From NCBI GenBank assembly GCA_012295275.1, contig CM022679.1, forward strand, positions 9,796,001 to 9,860,000: a stretch of DNA of 64,000 bases, given 5' to 3'. Made by a program: the position numbers and the translations under genes. This document shows positions 24,915-38,123 of the stretch, in pieces (the stretch's first letter is position 1; each line of letters opens with the position of its first letter). The notes beneath the pieces are model-generated. The model ran no database searches. It was not told the origin of the DNA and saw only the letters and a program-made list of their open reading frames with translations. Source of the stretch: Chrysomallon squamiferum. Taxonomy: Eukaryota; Animalia; Mollusca.

Positions 24915-27888
24915 CAATGATAAATTCGCTTCTTAATGCAGTATAGAAGACTTGAGCAAATATTTTCAATTTGTACGATTGTTTTCCTGTTATTTTTATC
25001 GGCAAAGTTTATCTGGCACCGTCATAGAAATCAAGAAATTTGATATTGAAATTATGCATTTAATGATTTTTATTGATATATATTCAGATTAAAATAAATG
25101 AAAATCTATACCTAACTGAAGTTATACAAATATTTGAACGTATCATAATATTAACTAACAGTAACAGTAACTAACACTAAACACAAAACAGTAATAATTT
25201 AATAACATATTGAATATGCATCGATTCATTCATGGTACTGGTAGGCCTATTAAAAGTATTATTACATATTTTTGTAATTCATTTGTTTTAAGCACAACAT
25301 TAATTTATTCTTATTATGTAAAATTAAAATGCATCATGATTAGTTTATCTGAGGCAAAGTATAATAAGTGTTTTTAAAATTATTTTTTATATCCTGATAG
25401 TAATTTAAATTTATTGTATGTTAAATGTTAGTATTTTGAGACGACTTTGATCTTATTTAGCAGATGAAAATAAAAGGGTCGTTAGACGTGTGTAACTTTC
25501 CAATATGGCTGATATTATTTCAGGTATTAAATATTTCTCTGTAATCAAGTTAAAACAAATGAAAAAATAAATAAAACTCCACATATTTAACTGATTTTGT
25601 TTTTATTATATAGCTAAGGTTTCAATGCATACACAAAACAATTTGTTTACTAATCAGTATGTGAAAATGAAACAAATCTGAAAAATTACATTATATTTAC
25701 ATGTGCATGTTCCATTTCCACAAACATTTAACTCTAAATAAATCACTGGTGTTGTTGTCAATGCTGTTCTCATTATCATCATAATAATGAAAAATAATAT
25801 ACAACTCTGGTATTTGTCAACACTGACTTTTGATGTTGAGTTAATATTTTAGTACTTATTAAAAAGTTCAATCCTGATTAAGGTAAATTCTTCTGAAAAA
25901 AATATAGATAGATTTGTTTTTACAAATTAAGCAGAAAACAAATAAGATATGATAAAAACATTCATCCAATTTGGCTATTTCTGCACCTACATAATATAGT
26001 ATTGTCATAATAAAAAAAAAGAAAAAAAAAAAAGACAATCCTCTTATTTGCCTTTCAATGTACACACATACACACAAACAAACATACATGCACATCCTTT
26101 TAAATATTTTTCGTACTTTTAATATAAATTAGAATAAATGTAATGCAGTTCAGACAAGAAAAACTGATTTTTATTTTAATAACAAATTTGTTCAAAATTT
26201 AAATACATCATATATTAAATAAACAGTTGTTTACTATTAACACAGTTGTATTAAAATCTAGTTTTCCTCAATGTTGTCATGCAATAAGTGATTCTCATAT
26301 AGAAAACAAAATAAGAAAACATATCAGTAATATTTACTAAGAAATATATAACAAATATTAAGTTTTGTATATATATATTGGCCAATCACAATGAACTATA
26401 AATTGTGTGGGGGAAAAAAAAAAAAGAGAAAAAAAGCTCCCCAAAAAAAGTTTGTATCAGCATCATAATAAAATTTAAAAAATGCTGAAAAACTAAATTT
26501 TATATTATTTGCATGAAATGGCACTGTCTGAATTGTTTCCAACAAAATAATTATAATATAATGAAAAAATACATGAGAAGTGCACCAAGATTAATAAGAG
26601 CAAAGATAGAATATTTTAATTCAAAATTTTTCACAGTATTATATACAGCAGAAAAGAAAAAACTGTATGCAATACAATACATATACTGTAAATCAGATTC
26701 ACTTTGATATCTGTTTACAGTACCCATAATTTAGAAGCATAATTATTTTAAAAATATAATACTGTTGAAAAGACTTAAAATTTTAAGTGCATGTTTATAA
26801 AAAAATATGTGTTATTAATTTATAAATATCAATAAGATTTTGTACTAGTAAAACTTGAAACAGCAGGTAAGACACACACAAACACACACACACACAATGC
26901 GAGTAATTATATTTTTTGCATTACACCAAAATATCATTAAAGTCTATGCATGTAACAAACCTGTTAAAAAAAAAAGGTAATAAATTACACAATGTCCATG
27001 AAGAATGAAATAACAATGCATATATTTAGATTAATTTAAATCTCAAGTGCTGAATTAATCTACCACCACAAATCAAGAAAAACAAATTATTTTTGGTCAG
27101 TGTTTGTTTCTGTACAAATTTTGAGAAAACCCAGCAGATTTTTACACATAATAGTTTTACTGAGTATTTTGACTCAAATTTGCACATCTTTTTTTCTTTT
27201 TCTTTTTTCTTTTTGCATGTAGCTATTGGAGAAAGATATATTTGAGGCTACTGAAGTAAGCAGCTAGCTTTATTATCGTGGAAAATTATTATCATGGCTT
27301 AGTTAGCAACCATTCACTTTGTTCAAACAATATGAAATCTTTAAATCGTGTTACTACACTGGTAGAATAATGTGTTTTCTAGAAAGTAGTTACCATGATG
27401 GATTTAGAAAATACCTATATTTTTAAGGTCTTGTTCTGTTTTTTTTTTCTGATAAACTGGATAAACTGATGTAGCTAAACTAGGTGATGCTCTCTAGAAG
27501 TTAGATGAATGAACTGACAACTTTACTCATGTAATGACAGAAGATCCTGAAGGTCAACTGGTAGATAACTGGCCACATTATGCAGTGAAGATTTTAAGAT
27601 TAAAAAGAAAGCTAAAAAGTGAATGGAAGACTAACTATTAGAAAATCTGAAATGTTCTGACAATTCTTTAAGCCATGAAAGAAAGTGCTATGGTCTGAAT
27701 TCTATTCACATTCCCTCTCCAGTAACTATTTCAACTCTTTTAAATTACATTTTTATATTACACGGATAATTATTATTATTAATAATAATAATAATAAAAT
27801 AATAATAATCTCCAAATTAATTAACCACCGAATTTCAGATCCACAAAATATAGATACAGTTGTAGTCGCTTCTTTTGATTGGTGAGTT

Positions 27889-30800
27889 CTAATCCATGTC
27901 AAACTGTGTTTCAGTTCTGTTTGGTGTCACAGGTAAACAGGCTGAAGAATCATCGTCACTGGTGCTTTCTTCACTGCCTTGTAGCAAGCTGTTTATCAAA
28001 TTGCCTAAAAACAGCAAAATAAATATGTTTCATCTTTAAATCATAACCATCATATTAGTTTTATTCAATATTAATTTTTTTTTTTATCAAACTGGCTATA
28101 AACAACAAATACATCTATCTTACATTTATTTAATATTAGTTTTATTCATGATTTAAAATTATCAAATTACTTAAAAATAAAACAAAACAGATAAAAATAT
28201 TTAATTTTATATCATAACTATCACTTCAGTTTCATTTGACATTCTAATATAAACAGCCAAAAACCAACAAACAAAACAAATATATTTGTTCTTTTCTTCG
28301 TAACTATCACATAAATTAAAAAATTAACAAACTGTCTAAAAATAAAAAAAAAAAATATATCTGATTTTACTTGAAAATATCACACCAGTTTCATTCAAGA
28401 TCAATTTTTTTTTTTTTATTAAATTGCCTAAAAACAAAAACACATTATATAAATTCATCAGAATAATATATAAATATATAACTTCATAACTATCATATTA
28501 ATTTCATTCAAGACTAAATAAAACATAAAAAATTAAAATAAAAAAAAACATTTGACATTAACTTCCCCAACCACCACATTAGTTCAATTCAGGGTTAAAA
28601 CATTATCAAATTGTATAAAAATGAAACAAAACCAAAACAATAAACATATTTGACATTAACTTTGTAACTATAGCACTATCTTTATATATTTTTACTCAAG
28701 CTTTCAAAATGTTAAGTTGATGATGTAAGTCCAATTTGTTTTCTATTCATACACAATACTGTCTTTATAAAAACTCTTACCAAAAAATCCTTGCTGACTA
28801 CTCTGAGGAGGTGGCAGACCAAACCATAACTGACCAATTTTATCCAAATACTGAAATATAAAGTATTATGATAAACACTACTATGCTCATTGTTTAATTA
28901 CATTTCTTCTTAACCAGAAAATAAATTCCATTTTTAAATATACTGTGAACATTTAAACAGCATGAAGTAGAATTTTTAAAAATAATAATAAAAAAAAAAA
29001 TTAGAAAAAAAGAAAGGAAGGGAAGAAAAATATGCAAAAATCATTTCTTAAAATTAGATCTGGCATTTTGTATAACAATAACAATTGACATCCAATAGAC
29101 AATGGACTTTCCATGCTATGGTTTCATTAAATATTTATTCCCCGTGAATTAACTGAAATATTTTGTAAACAATAATACTGTTGTGTATTCTGTAACATTT
29201 AAAACATTCTTTATATTTATTTCAACACTTTGTCCATAATGAATACTGTTAAACACTATTTCAAAATACTCACTTCTTTATAGCTAGGATCTCTGTTCAA
29301 GGAAGTTTGATATTTTTCACATAGTATTGTAAATACAGCTAGTTTTCCACTGAAAATAAAATAAAAAAATAAATAAATAAAAATAATAATAACAATAATA
29401 ATAATAATATATACACTAATATATTACGAAATTATGTTGCTTTGGAATTTATTTGAAATACAAAAGATAAGAAACGCACTTACCTTTCTAAAGCTATTAA
29501 CAGAAACCAGACAAAATTCAGCAACGGTTTGACAAAAGGAGGCCCATTTTGAATGGCCGGATGGTTCTGGGTGTATGCAGTGAACGCAGCTGATGCTGTC
29601 GCTTTATTTTGAAGGCACAAATACCTGAACACAACAATTTTATAAGGTTTTATTTTACAGCTCTCTATATATGTTAAAATACATTTAATTTTATTTTATG
29701 CTCAGTTTACAATTCCTAAGATCAAATTTAAATAATATTATGTGTTCTAAAATATTGTAAAATTAAAATATTAATGTTTTTAAATTGAATATATATTAAA
29801 ATAACAAATACATTTTTGAAATATGTTGCCATTCTGTACGAACTTTATAATAACTGTATCCAATAATCAGAAGTGAATAATAATAAGCAGAAGGAGGAAC
29901 GGAAGAAAAAGAAGAAACATGTAAAGTTCTTTAATTCTGGAACATTCTAAACTCTTACTGAAGTACAGCCTGGGCTATAAAGAGATCCACTTCGGATGGA
30001 TATCCTTTTGTTATATGATACTCAATCAACATTGATGCACATAACTTCCCATCCTGTGAGTGAATCAGATGATACCTTGCCTGCACATAATTCTTTTCTG
30101 TACATAAAAATAATAACAAATTAAAAAAACATAAAAAAATTAGTTTCATGATGGATTTATGCATTCTTTTGCACTGAACATTTTACTTATTTATATGTCT
30201 GTAATAAAAATGAAAACTATACTGGATGAAACGCACTTTAAAGCTTATAACATACAAATTAACAGGAGTTTAAATTTAAAGTTAATAAAAAGGTTTGTAT
30301 TGCAGCTGTCAGTTTAAACAAACCAGATAATCAATTTAAATACATATTTTAATACGATAAATAAAGATGCCATGACCTTTTTAATTTCTATCGGAAAAAA
30401 ACCCACAAAAAAACCCCATAATTATATATGCACCATAAAATACAAACAAATAATAATAATAATAAAATAAAATAACCTAACAGTATAAAACAAGATAATT
30501 AAATAATCTAGGACAGTGTTATTATTTGAATGTCTATTACATCTCCATAATCGCAAACAACAGCTACATATATCAAAAGATGATTTTGGGTAAAACTGAG
30601 ATATATCTCTATAAACAGAGAAATAAACATTTGCAAATGTGATACTATATATATATTGTTTACCAACATTTACTTCACCAACTACCACATTAGTTTCTTG
30701 ATGCTATATATATATATATATATATACATATACACATAATGAACTCTCAAGGAATTTAAAGGTGCCCTCTGAAACAAACTTTGACATGTACCTTGCCAGA

Positions 30801-33800
30801 ACAGAGTTCCAAATTGCTGGTGTAAATCAGGATGTCCCCGTTTGTGACTAGAATCAATCTTGGTCGTCCATTTGATGGCTGAGGCCAAATACTGATGTCT
30901 TTCTGGACAATCTGGATCCATTTGTCGAAACAATGAAACCACTTTACCTGCATCAGTTAACACATAAACATTATTAGAAGACTAATGGTGATATCATTGG
31001 TGTTTGTTCTGTACAAAAAGGAATTAGTTCACTAAATTGTTTTCTATTAAATATTAAAATAAGTATAAATAATGATAAATTAATCTGTCTGCCAAACTTA
31101 ACTCAGCTAAATGCTATATCTGTTTAATTGGAAATTTACCATACTATCTTTCTGCACAATCAAATCAAGTACTGATAGGATTGTATCTTAGAATAATAGC
31201 TGTTTTCTATATTTATTCAGGATATACAAATAAATGTTTCTCTCATTAATCAAGTAGATAACTTTCTATACATTTCGTATTATTCTGTTTGGAACATATT
31301 ATTATACAAATATTCTTGATTATGTTTGGGTTTTTTCTATTCACATTTCATTAGAAGAAATTTATACAACTGACTGGTCAGTAAGTTAAAGTTGTATTCA
31401 CTTTTATAACTGATCAACAGAAAGAAGAAAATAACATCTCTAAATAAAACAATTGTTTTTAACACACATTCTTACCACCTCATGTTTAATTTAAATGCAT
31501 AATATGCATCAAGTCTTTAACTTTATGCAGTATCATGGGTTGAAAATAATGCCCAGCAGGTAATTTAAAACATCATTTGAATTGATCATTCTAAACAATA
31601 AAAGAAATTCTAGGCCTGTTTGTTGGCTGCACTTTTTTTTTAAATCAGGATAATAACTGTTACTTACCTATATTATCCTGAGTTATGGGTTGTCTGGAAT
31701 TGTTCATGCATTCCACAAGCAACATGGCTAGATCTGCACCACTTGTTAACTGTCAAATAAGAAAATATTTTACTGCTAACTTTTAAGATCTATAAAATAA
31801 CAGAACAATGAGTAGTTTAAAGGTTAGATTAAAGGGTATTTTTGGGGAATGCAAACAAACAAAAAAAATAAATAAAAATAAATAAATACAACTGACATTA
31901 ATTTCATAGTTATCACATTACTTTTTTACAACATTAAAAAATTATCAAACTGCCTAAAAAAAAAAAAAAATAAAAAAAAAATATAATAAAATAAACATGC
32001 TCAATATTAACTTCAGTAACTATTGCATTAATTTCATATACTGTGTCAATGCAGTTAAGTGTTTTAATGATTATGGAAATCTGCTAATAGACACATCTCT
32101 TAAATCAGCACCACAGAATCTTTTATATTGTAAGACACAAAATATGTTTAAAAAACATTTAGATCCATCATTTCTCAATCCTGTGTTCTAATCTATGAAC
32201 TACAAGCTCAAAACACTTATGCAGACTTATCATTTCTGATAACAAGTATAATTAAATTATATTAAAATATATATTAGGTTGGAAAAAAAAGTTTGTAGCA
32301 TTTTTCAGTAGGTGGAGTTTGTGAATGTGATGTTATTTCACGCATGACTGAAATGTAAGACAAATATATACATATTCTGAAAGGTGAACAAAATGACACA
32401 TGTGGTTGAATAAATCAATGTACAAATATCTAAATACTGTCTTTGAATTATATTTTGAAAAGTGCTATCAACTTTTGTAACAAAAAATATTTCATACAAA
32501 TTACCTGATTGTGTTCCAGCAAAACAAGGGCACCTCTGTACAACAAATCCAAGGCTTCTGCATACTTTTGTTGTCCATTGTATCTGAAAGTGAGGACTAA
32601 AAATAAATATTTTCAGTTTCTGATTTGTTGTTCTTGTTAGACCAAATATATTTTTATAAAATAAAAAATAAATAAATAAAAATCATACAAAGGTGTAAAA
32701 GTTCAGTATAGTTTATCAGATCAGTTAGTTTTTCCTTCTCATCAACAGTGTAGTAGTAATATCCATTTACATGTTTGAAATGAGCTAGTGCATATGAAAT
32801 TTAATCCTTCTTTTTAAATAAAATTAGAACAGCCAAGGTCATATTTTTATACACCTTTTTACTTTCAGTTTTTGTTGATGTTTGTCAGTTGTTGTTGTTG
32901 TTTTTTTTTGGGGAGGAGTATTTCTATTCATGTTTTTTATTACACATTTAAGGTTGTTGTAATTGTGTCAAGTTATTTTACTTAAAATTAAATAGTTAAA
33001 AATGTTGTTATGATTTTTACAAAACAGGAAATATTTAGACAACAGAATGAAGGGTAAATGTTTACTATTTAAGAAGAAACAACCAGTTTGTTTGACAAGG
33101 CTGACAAGCAAAAGTGAATATTCTTATTCACATTTTTTATTATACATTTAAGGTTGTTGTAATTGTGTCAAGTTATTTTACTTAAAATTAAATAGTTAAA
33201 AATGTTGTTACGATGTTTACAAACCAGGAAATATTTAGACAACAGAATTTAGGGTAAATTTTTACTATCATCTATGATAAGAAGAAATAACCAGTTAATC
33301 ATTTTGTTTAACAAGTCTGACAAGAAAAAGTGAGCAACTACACGGTTTATATCTGCACTAGCAGAAGAACCACAAATATTTAATAAAACCTTTGCTAACA
33401 TACTAACAATGCTGCGAATGCACAATCGTAAACGTGGCGACAAAAGACTTTTATTTTTCCTAAAATAGGAATGCATTAGTCACAGGGATGTAATAACAAC
33501 AAAAATAATTAATTCTTTTAAATTTTCAAAAAATAATTTTCATTATTATTAAAAAATCATATAAATCGATTGAGACTGTCAGACTCTGAGACTGTTTGAA
33601 TTATCTGAAATTCAGATCAACTTCAGATCAATATCAATACAAATAGATATTTCCGTAAATATACAATTGAACTATCATACATTTATGTATTTTTCATGCC
33701 GAACTACAACACGATTATTTCAGTCTCAGAGAATACCAAAATAAATGAATTTCAATTTTCATATAATATATAACCTTAAAAACATCTCGGTTTGGAATGT

Positions 33801-33995
33801 TCTCGACTTGGGTGTTGTTATCTTTATTTTCATTTTAATTATCCACGATGCTACGATCACTAAATAATTAAATAAAAAATATAGAACATACCTAAAATAA
33901 AGTGTTCTGTACATTTGATGTGCTTCATAAAAATTTCCGGCGTCTATACAAGCTTGGCATTTTGCTACAACCCTGTCAACACCACGAGTCGCCAT
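27889..33995 (-). CDS. GET4: Golgi to ER traffic protein 4 (GET4/TRC35), 9 exons, 320 aa
   Basis: Exons: 33892-33995, 32505-32583, 31668-31749, 30792-30947, 29959-30097, 29484-29624, 29274-29349, 28781-28850, 27889-28004 (963 nt, phases consistent, GT-AG). Motifs [80 protein letters not shown]. Confidence 0.97.
27995..28680. repeat. Degenerate ~85-95 bp tandem repeat filling GET4 intron 8 from the exon 9 acceptor
   Basis: Recurrent ttatcaaaYtgcctaaaaa ... tcataactatcaYattagttt blocks (~7 units). Related copies occur at ~31895-32040 in intron 2. Confidence 0.7.
32270..32490. mobile_element. Possible decayed mariner-type MITE in GET4 intron 2
   Basis: Left end tattaggttggaaaaaaaagtttgtagcatttttc resembles mariner TTAGGTTGG termini; imperfect inverted partner gaaaagtgctatcaacttttg at ~32457-32477. 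Confidence 0.35.
32922..33335. repeat. Two-copy ~200-bp tandem duplication in GET4 intron 1
   Basis: taYacatttaaggttgttgtaattgtgtcaagttatttta... occurs at 32941 and 33141. Confidence 0.9.
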
Positions 33996-34419
33996 ACTAA
34001 ATTTGTGAGGCATAAAAGTAAGAAGTAATAAAAATACGAAACTAAAATATAATAGAGTATTTTACTGGAAATAATTGTTTAATAAAAAAGAAATCGAATA
34101 AAAGTATTAACACATTATATATAATTTTCTATGTATTGATGTTAGTGTGGTCTAAAGTGGATTTAACTAGTTTATTAAAACGTATATGTGTAAAATATTA
34201 ATTTGGATTATTATTATTTTTTTTTTCTTTTTCCGCTAGAATGTTAAATTCTTATATTTAGTCTCACCCAATAGTCTAGGATTGTCTATGTTCATGTTGA
34301 GATATTTGCAATGAATTAATGTTAATGAGATATCGTCATACTTATATTATAATAAATATATCTTGAGGCTTTCTCTTCTTCTTCTTCTTTCTTTCTTTTT
34401 CTTTTTATTTTATATAATG

Positions 34420-34570
34420 ATAGCATGAATAAGGTAATATCTTTTGTTTAGGGAGGAAAATATGTAATTATTATTTTATATACCTAATTTGCGGCACTTG
34501 GGTGGAATGGGAAATATCCTAATGGATGACTGATCATGTCAGTAGGATGCACAGTCCACTCATTTTATTT
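34420..34570. mobile_element. Possible highly decayed SINE fragment (copies at ~44665-44830 and ~54130-54295)
   Basis: gcacttgggtggaatgggaaatatcctaatgg resembles, from memory only, the central domain of molluscan tRNA-derived SINEs; not verified. Confidence 0.25.
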
Positions 34571-35454
34571 GCTACTATTTATAAATTTGTGCATCCACTG
34601 AAATTTTGGTTTTAGTAAAAATACACACGTTTGCAGAATTCTATTTTTGAACATGAATAAAATTATCCAGTTTCAGAGTTTCAACACTTTCATTGATTTT
34701 TAATAGTTAGAGGCCTAATTAATTATTTCCAAACAAATATGAAAACAATAAAAAAAATTGTAACTGGTCACTCACTACTGTATTGTCAAATTTAAAGTTT
34801 TTTATTGTTGTTCATTACTTGTTAAAAGGTAATAATACAATGTTATGTTATTTAAACGAATATGTATTCAGACAGTGAAAAATAAATAAATAAGGAAAAA
34901 ATAAAATACAATAATACAAATAAATGCAATAACAATAACAATAATAAAATTACAAAATTAATATTATCAGGGATATTTTCTCTTTTGTTATTTACCACCA
35001 ATATTTAGCCAGTAGATTATTTTTATTTAACATAATTTACACCTTGCTAAAAACAGTATCATCTGGAGATATAGATACATGTTACCACCAAGCATTCTTA
35101 ATTTGTAACATTGACAAATAACAACAAAAATAAATATAACTTTAATATTTTTATTTTCATTATATCAGATTTAAAATATATAAAGTTTAATTGTTAAAAA
35201 TAAACCATTCTGAACACTGATGAAAAAGTTGTTTTACAAAAGGTTTATGAAATTAACCATCAATATGTTCAAAATATTCTTCTTGTAAACTGATAATAAG
35301 TAACAAAAATATCCAGTGATCCTGCACTACATGAGACTAAAAATGAAATTATGACAGTAATATTATGGTAATATTAAATACAAAAGTGGTTTGAAGAATA
35401 CATCTAGAAATAAATGAATAATTTAATTTTTTTATTTTTTTATTTTTATTTTTT

Positions 35455-37452
35455 TTCATGATAATGGAAATGAACTATTATTTTTATTGAAAGAAAACAA
35501 TGATTTTTTTTTTTTTAAAATTGATTAAAAATAAAATATAAAAATTTAACATGACATAAAACAGTGAGAAAAGATCTAAATATGTACCAAATGCCTCTAT
35601 GGTCACTAAAATAAGTTAATCTAAAAATTAAAATTTAAAATGTGAACAGTAAAATATTTTTTCCCCCAACTAATCAATTTAACAGGAAAATGTAAAACCC
35701 AAATGCTTAAAAATCTGAACACAAAATAATTTGTTATAAATGATGGTAAATGTTTTCTACAAAATCTAAAAATAATGAAATGATACGAAATAAACTATAC
35801 AGTTCTCCAAACACACACCATAAATGCAATAATGAAACATGATCTACATATTAAAATATCCATGCAATGTACTTCATATACAGAATGAATATATATGCAT
35901 ATGCCAGGCCATATCTGTTGCAAGCACTTAAACTGATAAATGTTAACACGTTATTTTGCTATATTTCAGAATTCTACAAAGTATACTCCAGAAAGTCATA
36001 AAGCAGCATTTTGCTGCTTCTATGTATGTATGTATGTATGTGTGTATGTATGTATGTATGTATTGTGTATTTGGTTTTGTTTGCATATATACAAAACTAA
36101 CAAAATTGCAGCTATACTACATTTTAACAAAAAACATATTTTATCTCAATAATAATAATATTAACAAGAGTAACAATAGAATAAACTTAAATTGTACCTA
36201 ACTAAATAAAGCAAAACAGTTAACAACAACTGTTATGACACCAATTTAAAAATACATAATAAATATTTAGAAAAACATGAAAAACTGATTGAAGTATTGC
36301 CATTACAAATATATACAAGCTCAGTACCCAGATGGCTTGAATAAACAAATTTATAAACCGGGTAGTCATTCTTTAAGACCTTCAGTGATTTAGTATTTAT
36401 ATACATATTAAACAAATACTTAATTCAAAATTACAAGAAGCATTTCCTCTTCTTTTTTTTTTTTTTTTTTTTTTTTTGCATGATAATGGAAATGAACTAT
36501 TATTTTAACAGAAAGAAAACAATGCATTTTTTATTATAAAATTGATTAAAAATAATATCTAAAAATTTAACATGACAAAAAACAGTGAAAAAAGATCTAA
36601 ATATGTACCAAATGCCTCTATGGTCACTAAAATAAGTTAATCTAAAATTTAAAATTTAAAATGTGGACAGTAAAATATTTTTCCCCCAAACTAATCAATT
36701 TAACAGGAAAATGTAAAACCCAAATGTTTAAAAATCTGAAATCAAAATAATTTGTTATAAATGATGGTAAATGTTTTCTACAAAATCTAAAAATAATGAA
36801 ATGATACGAAATAGACTATACAGTTCTCCAAACACACACTATGAATGCAATAATGAAACATGATCTACATATTAAAATATCCATGCAATGTACTTCATAT
36901 ACAGAATGAATATATATGCATATGCCAGGCCATATCTGTTGCAAGCACTTAAATTGCACTACTGTGATAACAGATAAATGTTAAGACATTATTTTGCTAT
37001 ATTTCAGAATTCTACAAAGTATACTCCAGCATTTTGCTGCTTATACGTATGTATGTATGTATGTATTGTGTTTTTTTTGTGTGTTTTTTTGCATGTGTAC
37101 AAATCTAAGAAAACAGCAACTGTACTACATTTTAACACAAAATATATTTTATCTCAATAATAATAATATTAACAATATAGAATAAACTTAAATTTTACTT
37201 AACTAAATTAAGCAAAACAGTTAACTACAACTGTTATGAGACCAATTTAAAAATACATAATAAATATTTAGAAAAACATGAAAAACTGATTGAAGTATTG
37301 CCATTACAAATATATACAAGCTCACTACCCAGATGGCTAGAATAACCAAATTTATAAACCAGGTAGTCATTCTTTAAGACCTTCAGTGATTTAGTATTTA
37401 TATACGTATTAAACAAATACTTAATTCAAAATTATAAGAAGCATTTCCTCTT
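35455..37452. repeat. ~1.02-kb two-copy tandem duplication private to unit A (3' flank of IAP copy A)
   Basis: catgataatggaaatgaactattatttt at ~35457 and ~36479; both copies end in agaagcatttcctcttct followed by poly-T. Confidence 0.93.
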
Positions 37453-38123
37453 CTTGTTTTTGTTGTTTTTTTTTTTTTTTTGATAATTCTGAAAATAATA
37501 ATTAGATTAATGAAGATTGCAAATGATTACAGAAACAATTTTGATGAATCTGAAGATAAAGCAGCATTTATTCTCTATGTCAGGCTGATAAACTGACATA
37601 AAAGTTACATGCTGCCAAACATTGTTTTTGCTGCCTCTTTATAAGAAAAAACCTGCCAAAAAACTCAAATATAATTCTCAGTGTAATCAGTTGTTTCACT
37701 AGAGAATTTAATAGGTTATGAATTCTATTGCCAGCAGTCTGAACTCTTTTAATAAAAAAAACAACAGAAAAGTCTGTGTAATATTCCATTTATGATTTTG
37801 ATTGCAGAAATAAAAATGACTTCCCCCAACAACAGCCACAGTAAGTTTTACAAGAACCAAAACAACAGTCCTCAAACCATAATAGCACAGGACTTATGAT
37901 TAATGTTATGACTAAGTACTGCATAAATAAAATAAACAACGAAATAAAATAAAATAAAATAAATTTGTTTAAAAAAAGAAAGAAAAAAAAATGAAAATTT
38001 CATTTCTTTATCTTCCTTCTCATTTTTCAGATCTCACTAAATTACAAATACACTGAGAAGATACAAATTAAAAAAAATGAAATGGTTTCAAATGCTGTGG
38101 ATTTTCACAATGATGATGTGAAA

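Noticed and set aside
24690-25005. ORFs overlapping the tRNA
   Set aside because: Incidental translation of the tRNA-Ser gene.
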